Source: Eledone cirrhosa
Taxonomy: Eukaryota
Length of the DNA stretch: 64,000 bases
Reading direction: 5' to 3'
Assembly (NCBI GenBank): GCA_964016885.1
Contig: OZ024743.1
Span: 69,440,001-69,504,000 of the forward strand
The notes beneath the pieces are model-generated. The model ran no database searches. It was not told where the DNA came from and saw only the letters and a list, made by a program, of their open reading frames with translations. The stretch's first letter is position 1. Each line of letters starts with the position of its first letter. The position numbers and the translations under genes are program-made. Positions 1 through 13,480 of the stretch are shown one piece after another.

Positions 1-3000
1 GTAACTAGAGACAGGTGAGGTAGTGAGGTATATATAGTAACAAGAGAGGTGGTGTAGTGTGGTATATTTATTAACAAGAGAGGTGGTGTAGTTTAGTAAA
101 TATAGTAACTAGAGAGGTGATGTAGTGTGTATATATAGTAATTAGAGAGGTGGTGTAATGTGGTATATATAGTAACTAGAGAGAGGTGGTGTAGTGTGGT
201 ATATATAGTAACTAGTGTGGTGGTGTAGTGTGGTATATATAGTAATTAGAGAGGTGGTGTAATGTGGTATATATATTAACTAGAGAGAGGTGGTGTAGTG
301 TGGTATATATAGTAACTAGAGAGGTGGTTTAGTGTGGTATATATAGTAACTCTTGAGGTGGTGTAGTGTGGTATATATATAGTAACTAAAGAGGTGGTGT
401 AGTGTGGTATATATTGTAACTAGAGAGAGGTGTGATAGTGTGGTATATATAGTAACTAGAGAGGTGGTCTAGTGTGGTATATATAGTAATTAGAGAGAGA
501 GGTGGTGTAGTGTGGTATATATGGTAACTAGAGAGTTGGTGTAGTGTGATATATATAGTAATTAGAGGGGTGGTGTGGTGTGGTATATATAGTAATTAGA
601 GAGCTGGTGTAGTGTGGTATATATATAGTAACTAGAGAGGTGGTGTAGTGTGGTATATATAGTAACTAGAGAGGTGGTGTAGTGTGGTATATATAGTAAC
701 TAGAGACAGGTGAGGTAGTGAGGTATATATAGTAACAAGAGAGGTTATGTAGTGTGGTATATATAGTAACAAGAAAGGTGGTGTAGTGTAGTAAATATAG
801 TAACTAGAGAGGTTGTGTAGTGTGGTATATATAGTAATTAGTGAGGTTGTGTAGTGTAGTATATATAGTAACTAGAGAGATGTGGTGTAGTGTGGTTTAT
901 ATAGTAACTAGAGAGGTGGTGTAGTGTAGCAAATATAGTAACTAGAGAGGTGGTGTAGTGTAGCAAATATAGTAACTAGAGAGGTGGTGTAGTGTAGTAT
1001 ATATAGTAACTAGAGATGTGGTGTAGTTTTGTATATATAGTAACTAGACAGGTGGTGTAGTGTGGTTTATATAGTAATTAGGGAGGTGGTGTAACGTGGT
1101 ATATATATTAATTAGAATGGTGGCCTAATATGGTATATATTGTCACTAGAGAGGCGGTGTAGTATGGTATATATAGTAACTAGAGAGGTGGTGTAGTGTG
1201 GTATATATAATAACTAGAGAGATGTGGTGTAGTGTGGTTTATATAGTAACTAGAGAGAGAGGTGGTGTAGTGTGGTATATATAGTAATTAGAGAGGTGGT
1301 GTAGTGTGGTATATATAGTAACTAGAGAGGTGGTGTTGTGTGGTATATATAGTAACTAGGGACGTTGTGTAGTTTGGTATATATAGTAACTAGACAGGTG
1401 GTGTAGTGTGGTTTATATAGCACCTAGAGAGGTAGTGTAACGTGGTATATATAGTTAATTAGAGAGGTGGTGTAATGTGGTATATATAGTAACTAGAGAG
1501 GTGGGGTAGTATGGTATATATAGTAACTAGAGAGGTGGTGTAGTGTGGTATATATAGTAACTCGAGAGGTGATGTAGTGTGGTATATATAGTAACTAGAG
1601 AGAGGTGGTATAGTGTGGTATATATGGTAACTAGAGAGGCGGTGTAGTGTGGCATATATAGTAACTAGAGAGGTGGTGTAGTATGGTATATATAGTAACT
1701 AGAGAGGTGGTGTAGTGTGGTAAATATATTAACTAGGGAGGTGTTGTAGTGTGGTATATATAGTAACTAGAGAAAGGTGGTGTAGTGTGGTATATATAGT
1801 AACTAGAGAGAGAAGTGGTGTAGTGTGGTATATATTGTAACTGGATAGGTGGTGTAAAGTGGTATATATAGTAACTTGAGAGGTGGTGTAGTGTGGTATA
1901 TATATAGTAACTAGAGAGGTGGTGTAGTGTGGTATATATAGTAACTAGAGAGGTGGTATAGTGTGGTATATATAGTAACTAGAGAGGTGGTGTAGTGTAG
2001 TATATATAGTAACAAGAGAGGTGGTGTAGTGTAGTTTATACAGTAACTAGAGAGCTGGTGTAGTGTGGTATATATAGTAACTAGGAAGAGGTGGGGTAGA
2101 GTGGTATATATAGTAACTAGAGAGGTGGTGTAGTGTGGTATATATAGTAACTAGAGAGGTGGTGTAGTGTAGCCAATATAGTAACTAGAGAGGTGGTGTA
2201 GTGTGGTATATATAGTAATTAGTGAGGTGGTGTTGTCTAGTATATATAGTAACTAGAGAGGTGGTGTAGTCTAGTATATATAGTAACTAGAGAGGTGGTG
2301 TAGTGTAGAGTATATAGTAACTAGACAGCTGGTGTAGTGTGGTATATATAGTAACTAGAGAGGTGGTGTAGTGTAGTATATATAGTAACTAGAGAGAGGT
2401 GGTGTAGTGTGGTATATATAGTAACTATAGAGGTGGTGTAGTGTAGAGTATATAGTAACTAGAAAGGTGGTGTAGTGTGGTATATATAGTAACTAGAGAG
2501 GTGGTGCAGTGTAGTATATATAGTAACTAGAGAGGTGGTGTAGTTTGGTATATATAGTAACTAGACAGGTGGTGTAGTGTGGTTTATATAGTAACTAGAG
2601 AGGTGGTGTAACGTGGTATACATACTAATTAGAGAGGTGGTGTAATGTGGTATATATAGTAACTAGAGAGGTGGTGTAGTATGGTATATATAGTAACTAG
2701 AGAGGTGGTGTAGTGTGGTATATTTAATATCTAGAGAGATGTGGTGTAGTGTGGTTTATATAGTAACTAGAGAGAGAGGTGGTGTAGTGTGGTATATATA
2801 GTAACTAGAGAGGTGGTGTAGTATGTCATATATAGTAACTAGAGAGGTGGTGTGGTATATAGAGTAACTAGAGAGGTGGTGTAGTGTGGTATATATAGTA
2901 ACTAGAGAGGTGGTATAGTGTGGTATATATAGTAATTAGAGGGTTGGTGTAGTGTGGTATATATAGTAACTAGAGACGTGTTATAGTGTGGTATATATAG

Positions 3001-5360
3001 TAACTAGAGAGGTGGTGCTGTATGGTATATATAGTAACTAGACAGGTGGTGTAGTGTGGTATATATAGTAACTAGAGGGGTGGTGTAGTATGGTATATAT
3101 AGTAACTAGAGAGGTGGTGTAGTGTGGTATATATAGTAACTAGTGAGGTGGTGTAGTTTGGTATATATAGTAACTAGACAGGTGGTGTAGTGTGGTTTAT
3201 ATAGTAACTAGAGAGGTGGTGTAACGTGGTATATATTGTAATTAGAGAGGTGGTGTAATGTGGTATATATATTAACTAGAGTGGTGGTGTAGTATGGTAT
3301 ATATAGTAACTAGAGAGGTGGTGTAGTGTGGTATATATAATAACTAGAGAGATGTGTAGTGTGGTTTATATAGTAACTAGAGAGAGAGGTGGTTTTGTGT
3401 GGTATATATAGTAACCAGAGAGGTGGTGTAGTATGGTATGTATAGTAACTAGAGAGGTGGTGTGGTGTGGTATATATAGAAACTAGAGAGGTGGTGTAGT
3501 ATGGTATATATAATAACTAGAGAGGTGTTGTAGTGTGGTATATATAGTAATTAGAGAGGTGGTGTAGTGTGGTATATATAGTAACTAGGGAGAGGTGGTG
3601 TAGTGTGTTAAATATAGTAACTAGAGAGAGAGGTGGTGTAGTGTGGTTTATATAGTAACTAGAGAGTTGTTGTAGTGTGGTATATATAGTAATTAGAGAG
3701 GTGATGTAGTGTGGTATATATAGTAACTAGAGAGGTGGTGTAGTGTGGTATATATAGTAACTAGGGAGGTGGTGTAGTTTGGTATATATAGTAACTATAC
3801 AGGTGGTATAGTGTGGTTTATATAGTAACTAGAGAGGTGGTGTAACGTGGTATATATAGTAATTAGAGAGGTGGTGTAATGTGGTATATATAGTAACTAG
3901 AGTGCTGGTGTAGTATGGTATATATAGTAACTAGAGAGGTGGTGTAGTGTGATATATATATAGTAAATAGAGAGGTGGTGTAGTGTTGTATATATAGTAA
4001 CTAGAGGGGTGGTGTAGTGTTGTATATATAATAACTAGAGAGATGTGGTGTAGTGTGGTTCATATAGTGACTAGAGAGAGAGGTGGTGTAGTGTTGTATA
4101 TATAGTAACTAGAGAGGTGTTATAGTATGGTATATATAGTAACTAAAGAGGTGGTTTAGTGTGATATATATAGTAACTAGGAGGTGGTGTAGTATGGTAT
4201 ATATAGTAACTAGAGAGATATGGTGTAGTATGGTATATATAGTAATTAGAGAGGTGGTGTAGTGTGGTATATATAGTAACTCGAGAGGTAGTGTATATGG
4301 TATATATAGTAACTAGAGAGGTGGTGTAGTGTGGTATATATAGTAACTAGAGAGAGATGTGGTGTAGTGTGGTATATATAGTACCTAGAGATTTGGTGTA
4401 GTGTGGTATATATAGTAATTAGGGAGGTGGTTTAGTGTGGTATATATAGTAACTAGAGAGGTGGTGTAGTGTGGTTTATATAGTAATTAGAGAGGTGGTG
4501 TAATGTGGTATATATAGTAACTAGAGAGGTGTGTTGTATGGTATATATAGTAACTAGAGAGGTGGTGTGGTGTGGTATATTTAGTAACTAGAGAGGTGGT
4601 GTAGTGTGGTATATATAGTAACTAGAGAGGTGGTGTAGTGTGGTATATATAGTAACTAGAGGGGTGGTGTAGTGTGGTATATATATTAACTAGAGAGGTG
4701 TTGTAGTGTGGTATATATAGTAACTAGAGAGGTGGTGTAGTGTGATATATATAGTAACTAGAGAGATGTGGTGCAGTGTGGTTTATATAGTAACTAGAGA
4801 GGGAGGTGGTGTAGTGTGGTATATATAGTAACTAGAGAGGTGGTGTAGTATGGTATATATAGTAACTAGAGAGGTGGTGTGGTGTGGTATATATAGTAAC
4901 TAGACAGGTGGTGTAGTGTGGTATATATAGTAACTAGAGAGGTGGTGTAATGTGCTATATATAGTAACTAGAGGGTTGGTGTAGTGTGGTATATATAGTA
5001 ACTAGAGAGTTGGTGTAGTGTGGTAAATATAGTAACTAGAGAGGTGGTGTAGTGTGGTATATATAGTAACTAGAGAAAGGTGGTGTAGTGTGGTGTATAT
5101 AGTAACTAAAGAGAGAAGTGGTGTAGTGTGGTATATATAGTAACTAGAGAGTTGGTGTAGTGTGGTATATATAGTAATTAGAGAGGTGGTGTAGTATGGT
5201 ATATATAGTAACTAGAGAGGTGGTGTAGTGTGGTATATATAGTAACTTGAGAGGTGGTGTAGTGTGGTATATATATAGTAACTAGAGAGGTGGTGTAGTG
5301 TGGTATATATAGTAACTAGAGAGGGAGGTGGTGTAGTGTGGTATATATATTAACTAGAGA
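1..5360. repeat. 34-bp minisatellite array (AGTAACTAGAGAGGTGGTGTAGTGTGGTATATAT)n, running off the window start
   Basis: Direct tandem units, e.g. ACTAGAGAGG at 631 and 665. Variants have extra GA or TA dinucleotides. Confidence 0.97.
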
Positions 5361-5369
5361 TGGAGAGCT

Positions 5370-6100
5370 TAAGTTACAAAGAGAAGCTGGAAACACAGCG
5401 GAGGTGAAGAGCGCAACTCAGTGAATAATAAGGACAGTGTTGTCCGACAAGGAAAGTATGTAAGGTGCAGAAAGCTTCGTCAAAACATGCAACATGAGAA
5501 AGAAGACATATTTCTCGCTCATAATGCAGATGAATATCTCACTGTCAAGCAAGCAATTTCATTAGAAAGAACAGTTCAAATTCTTGCTTAAAATGCTGAG
5601 GTAATTATTGAACCGAAAGTCGAACTGTCACAAGATAGAAGAGTACAGATTCTTGCTGAGAATATAAATCAATATGGCACAGAGCCAAAAGGGCTGTCAC
5701 AAAACTTAAGTGGTCAGGTTATTGCTCAGAATTTGATACAACATCATATAGTGAGAAATGGCTGTCACATTAAAAAAGAGAGCAGATTGTTGCTCCAGAA
5801 TGTGTAACAACATCGTAAAGTGAAGCAAAAGGTGTCACAAGAAAGAAGAGAGAAGATTATTTATCAAGACATTGAGCAGCATCGAATTGCGAGAAGACAA
5901 TTTTTCTCATCAATAACGTTAGGAAATTGGGAAACAAAAACGGCACAGAATTGAAAACTTCGTCCAAATAATCAAAGAATGGCCCAGGACTTTGCACGAC
6001 GTTCTGATTTCGATGCATTGCAACAAGTCAATCTAAATGTTTTCTGACACTACAGTGGTATGATGGAAGCACTATTCCATCACTATGGCGCCCTGGTGAT
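5370..6100 (+). pseudogene. Decayed coding remnant with ~69-bp (23-aa) repeats, probably Helitron RepHel N-terminus (STPR-like repeats plus degenerate Zn motif)
   Basis: (C/G)TGTCAC recurs at ~5625, 5694, 5762 and 5832. Units translate like SQERREKIIYQDIEQHRIAR, followed by HYSGMMEALFHHYGAL, which resembles Helitron HYxGxMxxxCxxCxA. Stops and frameshifts present. Confidence 0.45.
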
Positions 6101-6989
6101 CCGTACAGAGCGCACCGGGTATTGTTGAATATTCATAATTGTGGCCTGTGTCATTTAATATATAGCAGTAATTATTGTTTCAGGTTCATTTTCTGTATTG
6201 ATACGAGGTTTTACCCCCAGTGTATCTTTATTTTCTATTTCGAGAAGGTACTGCTTCTGATGACCTGCGTTTGGATCTGTATGGTTCTATCAGATGAGAT
6301 CTGTATTACTTCATTTACCATATTGTCATTTTTTCACTCCTTCTTTATGCCTCCTCATTATCATTTAATTGTACAAAGAGGACACTTTATAATTTCTACA
6401 GATTTCCTGAAATGTATACAGTTGTTTCAAAAGAACATTGCAGAAAATGAAAATTATATTATATTGCATACGTTCAATTCTTTCTTACTTTTAATGGAGA
6501 TATATTTTTTTCGATTCCGGAACAGAAATCATTAAGGTACCCTCCCATTGTTCATATCATGGTTGGGATCTGTGGCTAGTTTTCTGGAGGCTCCATACGT
6601 GATACAAAAGGCAAGCTTCGGTAGCTACCATATACTTTTTCAGAGGATAATGGCTTTCTATATAAGTGTATTCTATAGCATATTTCACATAAATAGATTT
6701 CAATTTTGAATATTTGTAAATTTATAACGTTATATTACATTTATGTTAAATTTTGTTTGTTTTACAACGCTTTATTAAATTTGCACAATAATAATAAATA
6801 ACGGAATACATTCTTACATAAAATTATATACAACTCATTAAGAAAACTGTAGAGTTTCACATGCTCAGCTTTTTATCAAATGAAATAACTTCTTTACTAA
6901 TTACTCACATCCAGCTTCTTCGGAAAAGATGGGTTTACATTGATTCTTTGAGCAGGAAAATTATTGAGAACTTGTTTCGCAACGGCCTA

Positions 6990-8050
6990 TTAATAATAAT
7001 GATAATGATTTCTGCATTCACCACAAAGGGCTTAGACTGAGGAAATATTAGGACGACACAGGATGAAAACAAAGTGTGTGTACGTGTGGGGGTGTAGGGT
7101 GTGTGGGTTTTGTGTGTAAACAGGTTTAACAAGTATAAAAGAACGGTAACAATATACAATGTTAACAGTGGAAATTCTTCAATAGGGCTACGCATGGAAA
7201 AGAAAACCAATAAAAGCACGGGGCCCCTGATCTCTAGGGCAAGGGCTCTGAACCAATTGTCCTCCAATATCTGTACAGTCAGAGCGGGCCTATGCACTCA
7301 GACTCAACACCTTAACTAACCTTTTAACAAACGCCTTCATTTTCCTCAAATGAAACCTGACAAGATTAATCAGGGCTTTTGCAGAAGAGGGATGTGCCTG
7401 TTTTTAACCCTTTCGGACGTGTTCACCATACAGCCTCTTTCACTATGGCCCCGTCAGCAGCCATAAAAACACTCTACCTTTCCTAGTTAAAAGAGGTCAG
7501 TGAGGCGATCTTCACAATGAACTCAGTTCATAGCTGGTTTCGTCCTACAGGTGACAGCAGGTCCTCAACATAAATTCACGGGACGACAATGCTCGGACAC
7601 TGGACAGGAGCGTGTAGGACAGTTTCATTGCCATACGAACATCGCTGACAGGCTCGGCTGACGGCATTTTAATGTTTGAAGGGATTATGTCAAACCGGCA
7701 AAGCTCCCCAGTAGCACTGCCACGACAGGGATTTCTGGAAATTAACCGTGGGCCTGGATCGAAAGTCCTACCGAAAAGAGTAGCTAGTTGTATCTCATTG
7801 ACGCTTAGAGTTTCCCCAAGAAGGTCGTCGCTTTTATCTGCCACTAACATTCTATAAAATGCCAAGCTGGAATTTTCACCGACCACCATGCCCGATTGGT
7901 AGAAGGCTGTGAGCACCTGAAGACATTCCACTTTCCAAGAGGCCCTTCTCGGTCTACGCTTGACCCAGAACTGCAGCTTTGTCATGGAGATTAGCTGTTG
8001 AAACTCATATCCAGTGAATGCAACCACACCTGTTCACCGTTAGAGCACGT
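6990..8050 (-). mobile_element. L1/Tx1-type LINE 3' remnant (ORF2 C-terminal zinc knuckle plus 3' UTR), pseudogenised
   Basis: Manual minus-strand translation gives FQKSLSWQCYWGALPV and AVSRACQRCSYGNETVLHAPVQCP (CxxC..H..C) with stops. A T-rich 3' UTR ends in an (ATT)n-like tail near 6990. Confidence 0.75.
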
Positions 8051-8259
8051 GACTTACATTGAAGAAATGGGCTAGTGCCATTTTTGCAACTGGCACATCG
8101 GTTGCGGTGCCTCTTCTAATCCCCTCATCAAGTTTAGATATTAACTCCCCACTGCTTTCTATGTTTTCCTATTGCTACTTCCTTACTAAATGCTATGGAT
8201 TCAACCACATTTTGCTGGTGGCTGGCTCTTCTTTTCAGCAGAAGTTCATTTCTCGCACC

Positions 8260-9035
8260 TCATCTTCAAAGGGAAATTGAGAGCGCTATACTTGCAACAC
8301 AAGACCAAGCTATGTTCATATATTGGAAAATCTATCTTAGAAATTAGCAAGTTTCACCGTTGTGCCGAGGATACAAAGTGTTTGAGTAATCTATTGCCCA
8401 AATTGGAACAAAGAGTCCAAGACGTTTCCAAAACCAACATAGGTTGTGGAGACATGATGAGGTGGCAAAAGTTTTGCATTGGAAACCGTGTGAAATGTGG
8501 GAGGTAAGAGAAAAATAAGAGAAGGTACGACCACAAACTACATAGAGTGACTGAGTCAAAGACTTACAAATTCCTGTGGGATTTTCAAATTCAAACGGAC
8601 CAGATGCTTGAGCACAATAAACCCGACTTGGTGGTGATAGATAAAGTAAATTGTGTGTGTTATCATGGACGTTGCATTGACATTTCACTAACAGATAGTT
8701 AAGAATGACGGTGAAAAAATGGATACATACAATCATCTATAATTCAAGGCTAACTGTGGAAGATAGAAAATGTGAAGATGTTGCGCTTTGCTGTTAAGAC
8801 CTTGGGCAAGTTATCAAACTATATTGAGAGGAACATAACGAAAATGGGAATAGTGTGTCTAGTAGAGAGATTGCAAAAGGTATGCCTCCATGGCTTGGCA
8901 AAAATTATAAGAAAAGTATTAGTGTTGTAGAGAAGAAATAGCCAGGTACCGTAGGCCATATGAAGGAAGCCTCTACTCATGCAAGAATATCGAATTTCAA
9001 ACAAAACCTGTGATAAAATAAATAATAATAATAAA
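8260..9035 (+). mobile_element. R4/Dong-like non-LTR retrotransposon 3' remnant (restriction-like endonuclease), ending in (TAA)n
   Basis: Translates to WRHDEVAKVLHW, FLWDFQIQTDQMLEHNKPDLVVIDK, IMDVA and ERLQKVCLHGLAKIIRKVL. (TAA)n at ~9017-9033. Confidence 0.85.
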
Positions 9036-9049
9036 AGTTTCTGATTTAG

Positions 9050-9250
9050 GCACAATAGCAACAATTCAGAGGGAGGGAAAAGTCGGTTAATTCGAACCAG
9101 TGCATTACTGGTACTTTATTTTATCGACCCCGTAAGGATGAAAGGCAAAGTTAACGTCGGCGGGATTAGAACTCAGACCATAAAGGGTCGTAACTCTTTG
9201 CTGCAAAACATGGCGTCCGACCCTCTACCGATACTGCCAATCCAGCGCCT
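9050..9250 (-). mobile_element. tRNA-derived SINE with Deu/Nin-like core (octopus-type)
   Basis: Minus strand has A-box-like TGGCAGTATCGG, B-box-like GAGTTCTAATCC, then GCCTTTCATCCTTACGGGGTCGATAAAA. Many copies in the window. Confidence 0.85.
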
Positions 9251-9261
9251 TCTAATAACCA

Positions 9262-9580
9262 TAATAATAATTCTATGGAATATCCCTATGAACACCGACA
9301 GAAATATCAAAACTAATAGAACTGATATGACTGTGAAGGATCATAAACAGAAAACACGCTTCTTAGTTGACATGAGGATTCCATCAGATCGTAACATTTC
9401 CTCGAAAGAGATCGGAAAACTCAGAAATATAAAGATTTGATAATTGAAATTGAGAAAATGTGACGTCATAAAGCCTATACAATACCAGTGATAGCTGGTG
9501 TACCTGGGATGATAAAAAAGGGAACTGAAAAATCATTCGACCAGATACCTGGTAAGCCATCTTTTCAAGTCCCGAGAAAA
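9262..9580 (+). mobile_element. R4/Dong-like RLE domain remnant (second family)
   Basis: ILWNIPMNTDRNIKTNRTDMTVKDHKQKTRFLVDMRIPSDRN, then after a frameshift YKDLIIEIEKM...IPVIAGVPGMIKKG. Confidence 0.8.
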
Positions 9581-9729
9581 GCATCTGTCCTAGTCCTGAG
9601 AAAAGCAATATCAATTTAAATATTGTACAAAAACATTTATTGTTGTTTGTGTTTTTATGGTATACATTGTATCGCAATTAATTGTTAAATATGTGTATTA
9701 CCAAACGCCAAATATGTGTATTGACACCT

Positions 9730-10270
9730 ATTTGATATACAAATGTGTGTATCAAATAGGTGTCAGGTTGACATTTAGCATGATATGGGAAAAAACAGAA
9801 TTCAAAGGAAGTTTTACATAATAATGATAATAAGGTAATATACGAAGGAGACAATTTATCACCACTATTGTTCGCTGTGTGCATGATACATTTAACTCTG
9901 ATTTTATGGAAAACAGGAATTGGATATGACTTAAAATAAATCATCTGCTATTCACGCTTGGCCAGAAGATCTATGGAACGAGCAAATATCAAATAGATGC
10001 ACTAGTAAACATTGTTCATATATTCAGTAATGTAATACCAATTGATTTCCTGATCAAAATATGTTGTGTAATTGTTTTACGGAGAGAAAAATTGCAGTAT
10101 CTGATGGGATTCTGTTAACTGGTGGATAGGTGATGAAAAACAGACGACAGCGAATAAAAACATGTTGACTTATTGCATAGTAACGATGGGGGAAAATAAT
10201 ATGGAATGAGTGTTTGGAAAATACTCTTTTAGAATCTAAATTAAAAGGAAAAAAATAAAACAAGATAATG
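9730..10270 (+). mobile_element. R4/Dong-like reverse transcriptase remnant (RT domains 4-7)
   Basis: IYEGDNLSPLLF (QGDxLSPLLF), KINHLLF, QIDALVNIVHIFS, SDGI. The catalytic DD is lost and there are frameshifts. Confidence 0.75.
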
Positions 10271-10433
10271 ATTCAGAGCTAAGATTGTATGTATCTCTGG
10301 ACAGCTAAGTGCTGATGGAGTCGTAGAGGCGCAGGTGAATGACATATGAATTGTGTTAGACGTTCTAAATCTATGAGAAAGAGGGCGAGAGAGGTATATA
10401 TATATATATATATATATATACCTCTATATATAT

Positions 10434-11465
10434 ATTTGCAACGCCGCAGCTCCATTATTATCATCATATTTACACATATTACTTTTCCATGCTGCCTGTC
10501 TGTTTCGTTCCTTGTATCTTTACCACTTCTAGCAGTCTCCCTCTCTGTTACCCTCTCCTCAACTTTCACTCACTCATTCTCTGTCACTACCTCTCCTCCT
10601 CCTCTTTCCTCCTCCTCCTTCAAGTTTGACCTGTGTGTAATTCTTTTCTCGCGCAGTCTTGACCGAGCTGGTATGAAATTTTTTCTCTCTCTCTTTCGTC
10701 TGCGACTTCACAAAACTTGCGTTTACCGAATTCGTAGACCAGACCACCTTATCCTCTTCTTCTTCTTCTTCTTCTTCTTCTTCTTCTTCTTCTTCTTCTT
10801 CTTCTTCTTCTTCTCTCCTTTTTCTTTCTCTCTCTCTCTCTCTTCCCCCCCCCCCCCGTCAAACTTGGGCGAAATTCTTTCCTTGCTCACATTTCTACCA
10901 GGTTCGATGGTCTTTCGTCTCTTGTTCACGATTTCACAGAGTTTATATTCATAGAGATCTGGGACTTGTCTATTTCTACTCACTTTCCGTTGCTTAAACC
11001 CTTTTGTTGTTACTCTAGCGTCCCCTTTATTTACGTGTCCCAACGACTTTTTTTAGCCGTTGTTCGCACCAACCTGAGGCATATGGCCCTTAAAGCGATG
11101 AAATGCCGAGGACGGTTGGAGGGTCACTGATGAAGGACTCACTTTTTCATATGTATCCCATTTGCAACGCCGCAGCTCCATTATTATCATCATATTTACA
11201 CATATTACTTTTCCATGCTGCCTGTCTGTTTCGTTCCTTGTATCTTTACCACTTCTAGCAGTCTCCCTCTCTGTTACCCTCTCCTCAACTTTCACTCACT
11301 CATTCTCTGTCACTACCTCTCCTCCTCCTCCTTCAAGTTTGACCTGTGTGTAATTCTTTTCTCGCGCAGTCTTGACCGAGCTGGTATGAAATTTTTTTCT
11401 CTCTCTCTTTCGTCTGCGACTTCACAAAACTTGCGTTTACCGAATTCGTAGACCAGACCACCTTA

Positions 11466-11498
<33 letters not shown>

Positions 11499-11836
11499 CT
11501 CCTTTTTCTTTCTCTCTCTCTCTCTCTCTTTTTCCCCGCCCGTCAAACTTGGGCGAAATTCTTTCCTTGCTCACATTTCTACCAGGTTCGATGGTCTTTC
11601 GTCTCTTGTTCACGATTTCACAGAGTTTATATTCATAGAGATCTGGGACTTGTCTATTTCTACTCACTTTCCGTTGCTTAAACCCTTTTGTTGTTACTCT
11701 AGCGTTCCCCTTTATTTACGTGTCCCAACGACTCTTTTTAGCCGTTGTTCGCACCAACCTGAGGCATATGGCCCTTAAAGCGATAAAATGCCGAGGACGG
11801 TTGGAGGGTCACTGATGAAGGACTCACTTTTTCATA
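10434..11836. repeat. Near-identical tandem duplication of a ~700-bp unit (10434-11150 / 11161-11836)
   Basis: Both units start TTGCAACGCCGCAGCTCC and end CTGATGAAGGACTCACTTTTTCATAT. They differ mainly in (TTC)n and (CCT)n lengths. Confidence 0.95.
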
Positions 11837-11858
11837 TATATATATATATATATATATA

Positions 11859-11971
11859 TCGTTTCTGAATTAGTTTAGCAAGATTCTTTATCTGAAAACG
11901 TGTGTTGAAACCGATTTGTTATACTTTGGGAGGGTCTTTATTGGCAACATGATCCTCCCAAAGTATAACAA
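11859..11971. mobile_element. Miniature fold-back copy of PLE-type family A (tail plus short inverted repeat) in (TA)n
   Basis: TTGTTATACTTTGGGAGG...CCTCCCAAAGTATAACAA inverted pair plus a ~55-nt tail matching 20273-20330. Confidence 0.85.
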
Positions 11972-11996
11972 TATATATATATATATATATACATAT

Positions 11997-12055
<59 letters not shown>

Positions 12056-12129
12056 CACACACACATATATATATATATAGAGAGAGAGGGGGGGGGGAGA
12101 TGAAACATCGAACCTAGTATAGGAATAGA

Positions 12130-12262
12130 ACATAGGTTATCGATCTCGAAACATGAAAAGCAAAGAGGACCTTAGCGGGATTAGAACTCACTAAGCGGAA
12201 ACCCGGAACAAATAACAAAAAGCATTCTAACCTACGTCGTAACGATTCTACCAATTCGCCGA
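12130..12262 (-). mobile_element. Degenerate tRNA-derived SINE
   Basis: ATCGATCTCGAAACATGAAAAGCAAAG...GGATTAGAACTCA...CGATTCTACCAATTCGCC matches the other SINE copies. Confidence 0.6.
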
Positions 12263-12279
12263 GATGAATGGAGATGGAT

Positions 12280-12570
12280 GGGATAACGAACACTTAAATA
12301 TGGAAGACAATAGCAATGAATGGTGCCTTACATAAAAAAGAATAATGCTAATAGAATTTATCTTCCAAGAACCAGAGGTGAAAGCGGTTGGATACCGTAT
12401 TAAAACTATATAAAAAATGAAGGGAAAACAATGTTTCTTGCTACACAAAGAAAAGTGATGAACCTTCGCTGATGGAAGTAAAACAATGTGGCATTTATAT
12501 AAATTAAACATTACATTAAAAAGAATGCTTATAAGAAATGAACGGTAAAAAAAGAGTGAAGAAAATTGAG
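12280..12570 (+). mobile_element. R4/Dong-like ORF remnant downstream of RT (probable continuation of 9730-10270)
   Basis: MNGALH..NANRIYLPRTRGESGWI resembles the conserved GALHP...RLYLPRxxGGRGL motif. Confidence 0.65.
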
Positions 12571-13250
12571 GCAAGGTCCATTTATAAGAGATGAACGTGC
12601 ACATAGTGGGGGTGAGGTTGTGTGCATGCTAACACCGTGGAGCATATGGATCATATGATAAGCTGGTGTATGTAGGGTGCATGTGGAAGGTGCATGCGTG
12701 TCTGTCTATGAGTATGCGTTAGTGTACAGATTTGTGCGTGCAGTGATATGTGTGTGTGACTGTGTGTGTGTGTGTGCGTGTGTTATATTTCTGTATAACT
12801 ATTAGTCTCTGAGTTTGACTTTGTATGTGTGTATGGGGATTATGAGAATGTGTGTAAGTATGTGCTTGGCGTTAAATACCGTTTGTGGTAAATGTGTGAG
12901 TGTGCTTTTGATGTGTATGTCTGCACGTCTGCGCTTGTGAGAGTGTGCTTTTTGATACATTAATGTGTATGTGTGTGTGTTTTGTGTATGGGCTAGAAAT
13001 TTATATTATAGTTTGCTTTGGTATGTTACATATGTGTGTAGATAAGTGTGTGGTCTAATTATATATTAGTATACGACAGATAGGTATATATGGATGTGTC
13101 TTATATCACCCCTGAGTGTGTGTAATATACACCAATTGATTTTTAGAGCCCCTGACTATGTAATAAAGATAGCTAAGATATGATTGATGTGGGCTGAGAC
13201 TCTCAAGCCCACACAAGTCAGTATATTTAAACCTACATATACACTTTGTA

Positions 13251-13290
<40 letters not shown>

Positions 13291-13480
13291 TCTAAAGACA
13301 TTTTTCCAATTCCAACCCACCCGTCCCCTCAATCCATTTCATTTCTCATTCTTTCGTCTGATGAAGGACTAGCATCCGACACATCAATACACTCTTCCTG
13401 CTATATCAAGCGTTAACCTAATATATTCCTTCCATATATTGTACCGATTGTGTTGTCATTTCTGTTTAACTTTTACATAC
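13291..13480 (+). mobile_element. PLE-type family B 3' fragment with decayed HHR; other copies 21061-21300(-), ~30540-30740(+), 36333-36445(-)
   Basis: Shared CCTGCTATATCAAGCGTTAACCT...GTACCGATT. CTGATGAAGGACTAGCATCCGACA at 13358. Flanked by (TA)n. Confidence 0.75.

Noticed and set aside
1-5360. CRISPR-like regular ~34-bp repeats
   Set aside because: Head-to-tail monomers have no unique spacers, there are no cas genes, and the context is eukaryotic.
6122-6535. 137-aa plus-strand ORF
   Set aside because: No recognisable motifs and a non-ATG start. It may be antisense to a decayed retroelement, but I cannot support a call.
11095-11150. Complete (type II) hammerhead using the upstream GAAA
   Set aside because: No valid NUH site or stem I/II pairing could be built, and the second copy lacks that GAAA.
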